From assembly GCA_963666985.2 (NCBI GenBank), contig CAXXIA010000001.1, positions 1,184,001-1,248,000 on the forward strand: a stretch of 64,000 bases of DNA. Reading direction: 5' to 3'. The position numbers were made by a program, and so were the translations under genes. This document shows, piece by piece, positions 20,006 through 28,386 of the stretch. The notes under the pieces were generated by a model that searched no databases, had not been told where the DNA came from, and saw only the letters and a list, made by a program, of their open reading frames with translations. Origin of the DNA: Spirochaetia bacterium (GTDB taxonomy: Bacteria > Spirochaetota > Spirochaetia > DSM-2461). Positions within the stretch are counted from its first letter, which is position 1; every line of letters starts with the position of its first letter.

Positions 20006-21898
20006 ATGGAAGCCACCATACCAAAGCTTCTGAGAAAAATCGCCGCCGATCATCCGGCTCTGCCCGCGCAGATGCATAAAGATGAGAAGGGCGTATTTCA
20101 AACAACCACGTTCAGAGAACTCTACGACCAGGTAAGGCAATTCGCCGCCGGTCTGCGCGAATTGGGCGTTCTCCGTGAAGAAAATGTCGGACTCATTTCC
20201 GACAACAGGCAGGAATGGTTCGTTACGGATCTCGCCCTTCTCAGTTTGGGCGCCGCCGATGTTCCGCGGGGCTGCGATTCCAATGCCGAAGAGATCGCCT
20301 ACATCCTCTCCTTTTCCCAGTGCCGTCTTGCGGTTCTGGAAAACGTTCGGCAGTTTGAAAAAGTCATTGCCAAGGAAAAAGAACTTCCCGATCTGAAAAA
20401 AGTCATCATCATCGATTCGAATACCAAAGACGCCGGCGCCCCCTCCGGCCGTTTTGAGATTCACGCCTACAAGGACATTTTGGAGTTGGGGAAAAAGGCC
20501 GATTGGGCATCCGTCGAATCGGAAATCGACCGGGGCGAGGGAGATGATGTGGCAACCCTCATTTACACCTCGGGAACCACGGGCGAGCCGAAAGGCGTTA
20601 TGCTGACCCATACGAATTTTCTGCACCAGGTGAAAGGGGTGCCCTCCCTTCTCGATGTCGGCCCCGGCGACCGCTGGCTCAGCGTTCTGCCTGTTTGGCA
20701 TTCCTTTGAACGAATCATGCAGTACGTCGCTTTGGGCACGGTCAGCGCCCTTTGCTATTCGAAACCCGTCGGGTCCATTCTCCTGGAAGACATGCTGAAA
20801 GTCCGGCCGACATGGATGGCCTCGGTTCCGAGAATCTGGGAATCGGTTCGCGACGGCGTCTATCGAAACGTTAATCAGGCAGGCGGTGTGAAAAAAGCTT
20901 TGTTTCTCTTTTTTGTCGCCGTCGGAAGCGCCTGGAAAACCTGTTCCAACATGGTAAAAGGACTGATGCCCCGCTATCATCGGCGCATCAGAGCCCTGGA
21001 TATTCTTCTGGGGATTCTTCCCTACATTCTTCTCTGGCCCTTAAAGGCCTTGGGTTCCGTCCTGGTCTTTAAAACCATCAAGGCGAAACTCGGCGGAAAA
21101 TTCGTCGCCGGGATTTCCGGAGGAGGCGGACTCCCCGCTCATGTGGATGCCTTTTTCCAGGCCGCGGGCATTCTTCTGCTCGAAGGATACGGCCTGACCG
21201 AAAGCGCGCCCGTTCTCTCCTTAAGACCGCAAAAACATCCTGTTCCCGGAACCATCGGGCCCGCGTTTCCCGGTACGGAATTGAAAATCATCGGTGAGAA
21301 CGGCGAAGAACTCGGACCGAATCAAATAGGCGTTCTGCATGCCAAGGGACCTCAAATCATGAAGGGGTATTACCGGAAGCCCGAACTTACGAAGCAAGTC
21401 ATCGACAAAGACGGCTTCCTTGATACCGGCGATTTATCCATTAAAACGCATGACGGTGAGTACGCCATCGTCGGCCGGGCCAAGGATACCATCGTGCTTT
21501 TGGGGGGTGAAAACGTCGAACCGGCTCCCATCGAGGAAAAGCTCAAACTCTCCCCCTACATCGCTTCCGGCGTGGTTATCGGACAAGATCGGAAATTCCT
21601 CGGCGCCCTGATCCTTGTGGATGAGAGCAATGTGAAGCTCTGGGCGGAGGAGAACAATGTGCCCTATACCGACGATGCCGGTCTTTTTACCGGCCCGGAG
21701 GTTCATGAACTGCTTTCCGAAGAAATCGCAGGAATCATCTCGGCGAAAAACGGGTTCAAGCTTTTTGAGAAAATCGTAAAATTCACGGTTCTTCCGGAAC
21801 AGTTCGAAATCGGCCGCGAACTCTCGGCAAAACAGGAAATTAAGAGGCACGTTATCAATGAAATTTATTCCAAGGAGATAAAAAAAATCTATTCATAA
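20006..21898 (+). CDS. Long-chain fatty acid--CoA ligase (AMP-forming)
   Basis: YTSGTTGEPKG, EGYGLTE, TGDL and GRAKD motifs; purine-rich RBS. Confidence 0.92.
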   Translation: MEATIPKLLRKIAADHPALPAQMHKDEKGVFQTTTFRELYDQVRQFAAGLRELGVLREENVGLISDNRQEWFVTDLALLSLGAADVPRGCDSNAEEIAYILSFSQCRLAVLENVRQFEKVIAKEKELPDLKKVIIIDSNTKDAGAPSGRFEIHAYKDILELGKKADWASVESEIDRGEGDDVATLIYTSGTTGEPKGVMLTHTNFLHQVKGVPSLLDVGPGDRWLSVLPVWHSFERIMQYVALGTVSALCYSKPVGSILLEDMLKVRPTWMASVPRIWESVRDGVYRNVNQAGGVKKALFLFFVAVGSAWKTCSNMVKGLMPRYHRRIRALDILLGILPYILLWPLKALGSVLVFKTIKAKLGGKFVAGISGGGGLPAHVDAFFQAAGILLLEGYGLTESAPVLSLRPQKHPVPGTIGPAFPGTELKIIGENGEELGPNQIGVLHAKGPQIMKGYYRKPELTKQVIDKDGFLDTGDLSIKTHDGEYAIVGRAKDTIVLLGGENVEPAPIEEKLKLSPYIASGVVIGQDRKFLGALILVDESNVKLWAEENNVPYTDDAGLFTGPEVHELLSEEIAGIISAKNGFKLFEKIVKFTVLPEQFEIGRELSAKQEIKRHVINEIYSKEIKKIYS

Positions 21899-21990
21899 AG
21901 TAAAAAACACGTTTGTACGAATTGAAGAGTGCCTCTTCAGCTTTGGATTAAGAAATGAATAGGCTATAATCATTGCCGGGTACTTATCGA

Positions 21991-22341
21991 ATGGACACAC
22001 TCACTTGGGAGAAAATAGGTACTGCCGTGCTGTTTCGATTCCACGGCAGCATCATCTCCGACAACACAGGGAACCTCCGAGGCCGAATCCTGGAAGTTCT
22101 TCGGAACGAAAAGGCCGAAACGGCGATATTTCACCTTGGCGATGCCGATTATATCGACAGTATGGGTATTGGAATGTTTGTCCATTTTCACGTCCAGCAC
22201 CATGAACGTATTCGTTTTCTGCTCTGTGAAATGTCGCCGGGCGTCAAACAGGCGTTCGGATACGTCAAACTTCTCTCTTTCTTCGAAATTCGCGATACGC
22301 TGAACGACGTTTTGGAGGAATTGAATCTTGCTGACCTCTGA
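21991..22341 (+). CDS. STAS domain protein (anti-sigma factor antagonist-like)
   Basis: DADYIDSMGIGMFV contains the conserved DS(S/M)G phosphorylatable Ser. Confidence 0.88.
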   Translation: MDTLTWEKIGTAVLFRFHGSIISDNTGNLRGRILEVLRNEKAETAIFHLGDADYIDSMGIGMFVHFHVQHHERIRFLLCEMSPGVKQAFGYVKLLSFFEIRDTLNDVLEELNLADL

Positions 22342-23491
22342 AGCCAACATCGAACTTCCCTGTAAAATATTCCTGAGCCCCGAGGGAAACGACTACTGCG
22401 CCCGGCGGGACATTCCGCTTCAAGAATTAATAAATCTGGACGGCATCAAGGGGCTCGGCTTCAACCGGCACAGCGTTGTCGCACCGCTGGTCCAGCAGCT
22501 CACGGCAAACAATCTGATTACGCGAATCGAATCCGAAGACGTGGAGTTTATTTCCAAACGCAAAGCCGTCATCGATACAACGAAACTTATCGTCTACGGC
22601 ATTCTCTATAGGCGTTTTCGTCCCACGCTCAACGCCATTCTTCTGGACTCCGAAGTCGTCCGTTATCTTCGCTCGAAAGGGATGATTCCCCTCGAAGGAA
22701 AAAAACTTAAATTCGATCCGAAAACAGTGGCGAGTTTCGTCGAAGAAAACGGCAAGGCCATACGGTCCATGAAGGCCTCGCTTCTGTTCAATCCCCACAA
22801 GATGATCGACGAGCATCCGAAAATGGATTCCGAACAGAAAGAACGGAAAAAACAAATTACGCGAAAATTCATCGACACTATCGAAGACGATACTTGGTTC
22901 CTGTTCAACTATGTCCGCCGCTCATCGGATAAAGTCGAAATCGTTCAAAGACTGGATAAAACGGTCACATCCTTCATGAATAAAACCAATATCGCGGATG
23001 CCATCGCCTTCATGCTGGTGGAACTGGTTCAAAACGCGGAAACCGAGCATTTCAAATATCTTGCCTCAAAAGACAATCTGGCCCGTGTTAAGGGAGAAGG
23101 CATCTATGAAATGCTCCGCGATGAAACCTTCAGAAAAAAAATGAAGGAACGGGCCAAGGCATCGAACGCCCTTATCCATCTGGTCTTTCATTTCGACAAT
23201 CTCCAGTACACGGACAACTCTAAAAGAACTCGGATTCAGGTCAGCGTTACGAATAAGGGCCGGATGGAAATCTCGGGCCATTCGATGCACGGCGAAGGAA
23301 GGCGTTCTAAAAAAATCTCTCTGGTGGACCACCTTCAAACCGATTTGGAATCGGCGGGGAACCCCATGGGCATGGTGTATTATGAATATCTGGAAGAAGC
23401 CTGCCGCGCGGAGAATGTAACTCTGGAGTCCAGTTTCACCACGGATGAATCCCGCAACGAAACCACCGCGCTGATGACCGTGACGATTTAA
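22328..23491 (+). CDS. Hypothetical protein with GHKL/HATPase-like N-box
   Basis: Overlaps the STAS gene; AIAFMLVELVQNA and IQVSVTNKG resemble N and G1 boxes. Confidence 0.6.
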   Translation: MLTSEANIELPCKIFLSPEGNDYCARRDIPLQELINLDGIKGLGFNRHSVVAPLVQQLTANNLITRIESEDVEFISKRKAVIDTTKLIVYGILYRRFRPTLNAILLDSEVVRYLRSKGMIPLEGKKLKFDPKTVASFVEENGKAIRSMKASLLFNPHKMIDEHPKMDSEQKERKKQITRKFIDTIEDDTWFLFNYVRRSSDKVEIVQRLDKTVTSFMNKTNIADAIAFMLVELVQNAETEHFKYLASKDNLARVKGEGIYEMLRDETFRKKMKERAKASNALIHLVFHFDNLQYTDNSKRTRIQVSVTNKGRMEISGHSMHGEGRRSKKISLVDHLQTDLESAGNPMGMVYYEYLEEACRAENVTLESSFTTDESRNETTALMTVTI

Positions 23492-23666
23492 AAACTTTCA
23501 AGGTGATTTCAAAAAGCGTTGATTTTTGAAACAAAGCCCTTCTAAAAACAATTCAGAAGAATTTCGGCCATCGAATATAAGCAATTTCGTGAATGATAAA
23601 TTGCCTCTTTCGATTAAAATTTCATTCCATGAGAATCGATTCATCCCACAATCAAACAGTGCCTAA

Positions 23667-24806
23667 TTAAGAATCAGGGAAATACCGTATCATGATTCTG
23701 TAAATATCCGTATTCTCCAGAACCAGCGAGAATGTTTCCGCATCAACGCCCCGCGCATAGAGATTCACATCGCGTGAAGTGTGACCTTTTGTAAACCAGC
23801 CGACAAACGGAATTTCTCCCGAATCACATCCCGTAAGAACGTGAGCTCCTCCGGTTTCATGGTCCGCGGTTACAACGATGAGCGTGTCGGTCTTATCTTC
23901 GGCCCACGCCAGAATCGAGACAACGGCTTTATCCAGCTCCGCGATTTCCTTCACAAGAAGATCTTCGTTGTTGAGATGACTCGCCTCATCGGTAAGTTCA
24001 TTCTCCACCAGAAGGAGAAATCCGTCGGTGTTTTCTTCAAGCCGATCCAGCGCTTTCTCGGCCATTTCCGCCAAAGTCGGCAAATCACCGCGATGTTCGA
24101 TGTAAGGCATCATATCGTTACCGAAACGGCCGTAAACAGGCTCATTCGAGTCGGAAGAAAGGGCGAACATCCCGGCGGCCGTTCCCACCACCGTATATCC
24201 CGAAGCCTCCGCATACGAAATGCCCGGAGCCGCTCCTCCGCCGAAGAGAACTTCCGGCATAAATTCAAGGATCCGGGAGGCGATCACTTCGTATTCGTAT
24301 CGATCATCGTGGTGAGAGACAAACGCCGCCGGTGTCGCGCTGCAGACATTGTCCGTCGTTACCAGTCCGACCGATTTCCCGGCCGTTCTGGCAGCCTCGG
24401 CCAAAGTCTTAAGAGAATCTCCGCTTCCGGGGATTTCCAGGGATAGGATTCTATTGGCCACCTTATGTCCCGTGGCCATAGCCGTGGCGGAAGCGGCCGA
24501 ATCGGTCGTCTTGCCCCAGGCATTCCGGGTTCCCATTTTCGCGAAGACAGGGAAATCGGATGTGTTTTCAAAGGAAAGCGACCCTTCTTTCCCATTCACA
24601 TAATATCCGCCGGCACGGATTTGTTCCGGTCCCATACCGTCGCCGATAACAAGAATGATGTTCTTCGGAGCTTCACCGGTTAAAGCGGGGATGTCATTGA
24701 GCGTGTACCGTTCAAGAACCGAATCGGCATCGCATCCGGCCGTTATGAAAAAAGCCGAAAAAGAAAGAGAAAGAAAAACGGCGTTAAGTCGGCGCCGATT
24801 CGCCAT
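23667..24806 (-). CDS. Alkaline phosphatase (lipoprotein)
   Basis: Lipobox TAGC; IGDGMG, TDSAASATA, SATPAAF, DEASH and TADHETGG. Confidence 0.93.
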   Translation of the reverse strand: MANRRRLNAVFLSLSFSAFFITAGCDADSVLERYTLNDIPALTGEAPKNIILVIGDGMGPEQIRAGGYYVNGKEGSLSFENTSDFPVFAKMGTRNAWGKTTDSAASATAMATGHKVANRILSLEIPGSGDSLKTLAEAARTAGKSVGLVTTDNVCSATPAAFVSHHDDRYEYEVIASRILEFMPEVLFGGGAAPGISYAEASGYTVVGTAAGMFALSSDSNEPVYGRFGNDMMPYIEHRGDLPTLAEMAEKALDRLEENTDGFLLLVENELTDEASHLNNEDLLVKEIAELDKAVVSILAWAEDKTDTLIVVTADHETGGAHVLTGCDSGEIPFVGWFTKGHTSRDVNLYARGVDAETFSLVLENTDIYRIMIRYFPDS

Positions 24807-24834
24807 ACTTCCATTGTAATCCCCGAACCCGCTT

Positions 24835-25088
24835 TATTCCCCCTCTCCGTCTCCCTCTTCCTTTGTCCACGAAGGGTTTATCCGGAATATCCATAACGAA
24901 ATACGTTCCGTCTTTCTTGAAGCTGCCGTATTTCATCTTCCATCCGCTGAATGTCGAATTGGGAAATACGTCTGATGGGGATTTTCAGCAGCCGCTCCAC
25001 ATCTTCATCGGTGACATCGCGGGTGATTTCTTCTTTAAAAGGATCGAAGCCTTTATGAACCGCTCTGAAGATGCCTTCGACCGTCTTG
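24835..25088 (-). pseudogene. Internally deleted duplicate of the parC 3' region
   Basis: 24863-24918 matches 28754-28809 (2 mismatches); 24918-25088 matches 29072-29242 (1 mismatch). Confidence 0.92.
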
Positions 25089-25099
25089 GCTTTTTCCGC

Positions 25100-25242
25100 C
25101 CGCCTTCCCCTTCCGCGGGGGAGCGCGCTTTACGCTGCAAGTCCTCGTCCGGCATGAATGCCCCGCCTCACGGGCTTAAGTCCCTTCGCCCTTCGCCGGG
25201 GCGCCGTTCAGCGCTCTTTCCGCTCCAATCGCTCTCGCGGAG
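25100..25242. repeat. GC-rich REP-like palindromic element
   Basis: Ends CCGCGGGGGAGCG...CGCTCTCGCGG can pair; internal GCTTTACGCTGCAAGTCCTCG and CTTTCCGCTCCAATCG motifs. Confidence 0.45.
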
Positions 25243-25394
25243 TACCGTTAAGAAAAAGACAGCCGCCCGAATCGAGCGGCTGTTTCTATTTTCAGAACCT
25301 TAATCCCGTATAAAAAAGCGTTTAATGCGCGTACACATGGCAACATCGTTATCCGAGTCAAAACACAATCCGCATATCCCGTAGGAAGAAGCCG

Positions 25395-25490
25395 ATAGGA
25401 GGTTCCATCCGATGAGAATATCTGAACTTTGTAATGACCGGAATCAAGAACATAGAGAAGGCTTCCATCGGGACTTTCGGTAACATCCAA
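25395..25490 (-). pseudogene. NHL/beta-propeller repeat gene remnant
   Basis: DVTESPDGSLLYVLDSGHYKVQIFSSDG is one NHL-like blade with no full gene around it. Confidence 0.55.
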
Positions 25491-25656
25491 GAGGCATTAA
25501 ATTGCCCCTCTTCGGAACCGGAAAGTGATTTTTCCGATTTTAAGAATTAAGATGCTGCAAAAAAATTAAAATACGAAAAACATGGTTCTCCTGCCTATAA
25601 TTTTTCCCTACAATTCGTTTCCAGACATACAAAAATCAGAAGGTACGAACGAGCAC

Positions 25657-27573
25657 ATGAATACACCCGACATCATTACCGTAAATATACTTTACAGAGA
25701 TTTTCATACCGAAGAAAACTGGACTTTTTTGGAAAACGATCTGAGTCTGATAATAGGTTTCCTATCCCCCGATCTGGATTTCAGAACTCTCTCGCATGAG
25801 CTATCGGAAAGATGCGGAGGCACACCTCTTATCCTCTCATCCACAGCTGGTGAGCTCTGCAACAACTCGTTTGGAAAGAAACTCCCTCTCTATCATTCAT
25901 CACAGGAGAACAGAGGCAATATTGTATTGATGTGCTTCTCCTCATCAGTCATTTCAGAGGTTGATATTCATACAATTGATTTATCAGAACCCGACATGAA
26001 CCCGGCAAAGCGGGTTGAAAAAATTGAAGAAGAACTCGATAACTTTCACCCATCGTTTCCGCTTCGCTCCGAAAACTGTGTTGCCTACACGATTATAGAC
26101 GGCCTTTCACGGGGTGAAAGTTTCTTTATGGAAGCCGCCTACAACTCAGGCAAACTGCCATGTCTGATCATCGGCGGATCTGCGGGAGGAAAGCTCGATT
26201 TCAGGAATACCTGGATATACAACAATCAGGAAACAGTTCAAAACAAAGCTGTAATCACCTTGATTCGCTTGAGAGATGATATCAAGCTGGGAGTTTTTAA
26301 ATCCCAGAATTTCAAAATGACGGATTACTCCATTACTGTAGCTCAAGCCAATCCGGCAATGCGAACAATCAAATCCGTTTTTCTTAACGATACAGGTGAA
26401 ATTTATGATGTCATATCCGAATTGTGCCGCCACTTCCAATGTTCAGAAAAAGATTTGGAGAAAAAACTAACCAATTACAGCTTCGCTCTGACAATAGACA
26501 ACGATATCTACGTCAGATCAATATCAGGAATTGACTACGAATCCCGTGAAATCAGTTTTTACTGTGACCTTGATTTCGGAGATGAGTTATTTATCGTTGA
26601 AAATACTGATTTTATATCATCAGTTGAAAGGGATTATGAACAATTTAAAAATCGGAAAGGCGGGAAACTCCTGGGGGGGTTGTTCAACGACTGCATATTA
26701 AGAAGGCTGTTCAATCAAGACCATCTTGCCGGAGTAAAGTGCTTCAATGATATACCCGTGGCGGGTTTTTCAACTTTTGGTGAATTGCTTGGGGTGAATA
26801 TCAATCAGACACTCACAGCCCTGATGTTTTATCGCGTTACACCGGATACTGAGTTTCACGACGAATACCTGGACAACTACATTCAGAAATACTCCGCTTT
26901 CAAGGAGTTTTTTCTGAAAAGGAAATTGAACCAGATGAATCAAATGATGAAAATGAAAGACCGTGTCTGGAACGGCAGCATGAAAAGCATTGAATTGCTT
27001 TCGGGTGTTATAGAAACTTCATCCCTGAAAGCCGCTGAAAACGAAAAACTTCTATCATCAATCAACAACAACTTCACGGATCTGATTCACAATATTGATG
27101 AATCAGGTCAAAAAGGGCATATGATAGAAGAAGAACTTCTTGAGTTCGGCATCAATACGGAAAGGATTGAAGAGATTCTTCTTGATATTGTTGACATAGC
27201 CGGGCAGATCAACATTCTGGGATTCAATGCTTCCATTGAAGCTGCCCGTGCAGGATTGGCCGGTAAAGGATTTGCGATAATTGCCCGTGAGGTTAAAACA
27301 CTTTCCGATAAAACCGATACCAGTGCAAATGACAGCAAAAATTCTTTAAAAGGTCTTATGGAAAGTCTGGACCTTCTGCGAGGCCGGAGCGATAACATCA
27401 TAAAGTCACAAAACGAAGCAAAAGAACAAAGTCTTTCCCTCAAGGAGGATATTTATCTCCTGGCTGAAAATTCCAGAGCCATTGAAAGAAGTATCTCCGA
27501 CAATGTATCTGAGATTCAGCAGCTTAGGAAAAATCTCAATCAGATGAAAGATGTGATTGAATTGCTGCTGTAG
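25657..27573 (+). CDS. Soluble FIST-domain methyl-accepting chemotaxis protein
   Basis: SSTAGEL, IGGSAGG, DCILRR and GFSTFGE (FIST N/C); IAGQINILGFNASIEAARAGLAGKGFAIIAREV (MCP hairpin); no TM. Confidence 0.92.
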   Translation: MNTPDIITVNILYRDFHTEENWTFLENDLSLIIGFLSPDLDFRTLSHELSERCGGTPLILSSTAGELCNNSFGKKLPLYHSSQENRGNIVLMCFSSSVISEVDIHTIDLSEPDMNPAKRVEKIEEELDNFHPSFPLRSENCVAYTIIDGLSRGESFFMEAAYNSGKLPCLIIGGSAGGKLDFRNTWIYNNQETVQNKAVITLIRLRDDIKLGVFKSQNFKMTDYSITVAQANPAMRTIKSVFLNDTGEIYDVISELCRHFQCSEKDLEKKLTNYSFALTIDNDIYVRSISGIDYESREISFYCDLDFGDELFIVENTDFISSVERDYEQFKNRKGGKLLGGLFNDCILRRLFNQDHLAGVKCFNDIPVAGFSTFGELLGVNINQTLTALMFYRVTPDTEFHDEYLDNYIQKYSAFKEFFLKRKLNQMNQMMKMKDRVWNGSMKSIELLSGVIETSSLKAAENEKLLSSINNNFTDLIHNIDESGQKGHMIEEELLEFGINTERIEEILLDIVDIAGQINILGFNASIEAARAGLAGKGFAIIAREVKTLSDKTDTSANDSKNSLKGLMESLDLLRGRSDNIIKSQNEAKEQSLSLKEDIYLLAENSRAIERSISDNVSEIQQLRKNLNQMKDVIELLL

Positions 27574-27717
27574 TGAATCCGTTATAGAGATAAACGCCGG
27601 ACAAAAGTTTCTTGAAACGATTTTTTTATTCAGAACTCAAAATTCAATATTTTTTTCTGAAATATATTGATGCGGCCGGAATAGTCAATTCATGATTTCC
27701 GCTTTTAAATGCCTCTA

Positions 27718-27771
27718 TTGACTTAAATAAAGATGTTCGTAAAATAAAAATAAATCATACAATTTTTGTAT
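27718..27771 (+). promoter_or_regulatory. Promoter and palindromic operator upstream of the thioesterase
   Basis: TTGACT-16-TAAAAT followed by the inverted repeat ATACAA-TTT-TTGTAT. Confidence 0.55.
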
Positions 27772-27840
27772 CCGGTAATTTAATACTGAACCTCATTTAT
27801 ACATATCCAGCTATATTAAAATAAATGAACGGAGCACTGA

Positions 27841-28320
27841 GTGAGCAACAAAAACGCAGAAGAAAACACTGTCATAATGGCGCAGGTTATGAATCCGCAA
27901 GACGCCAACCCGGCCGGTAATGTCCATGGAGGCGTGATAATAAAACTGATTGATACCGCGGCCGGAGCTGTGGCAAGACGTCACGCCAGATCCAATGTCG
28001 TTACCGCTTCAATTGATCGACTTGATTTTCATAAGCCCGTATATATCGGAGATATGGTAACGTGCAAGGCGAGCCTTAATTACACCGGCCGCACATCAAT
28101 GGAAATCGGCGTACGGGTAGAAGCGGAAACTTTTAAAACAGGTGAAATCCGGCACGCCGTATCCGCCTATCTGACATTTGTTTCTCTTGATGAGAATGGA
28201 AACCCACAGGAAATCCCTCAGCTTATTGTCAATACGGAACAATTAAAAAGACGTAACAAGGAAGCCATTCTGCGGCGCGAAATGAGAATACAAGAGCGAA
28301 AACGAGAAAGAAACGATTAA
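27841..28320 (+). CDS. Acyl-CoA thioesterase (hotdog fold)
   Basis: DANPAGNVHGG, VVTASID and TGRTSMEIGV. Confidence 0.93.
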   Translation: MSNKNAEENTVIMAQVMNPQDANPAGNVHGGVIIKLIDTAAGAVARRHARSNVVTASIDRLDFHKPVYIGDMVTCKASLNYTGRTSMEIGVRVEAETFKTGEIRHAVSAYLTFVSLDENGNPQEIPQLIVNTEQLKRRNKEAILRREMRIQERKRERND

Positions 28321-28386
28321 TTGACAAACTGATCCTACAAAGTATCTTCATTAACCGAATGGGAAGAGAACCTGGATGATGAAAAA

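Noticed and set aside
23507..23531. TTTCAAAAA-N7-TTTTTGAAA inverted repeat
   Set aside because: AT-only hairpin between convergent genes; at most a weak terminator, with no support for more.
24863..25303. 146 aa ORF
   Set aside because: Antisense reading of the parC relic plus the palindrome; not a gene.
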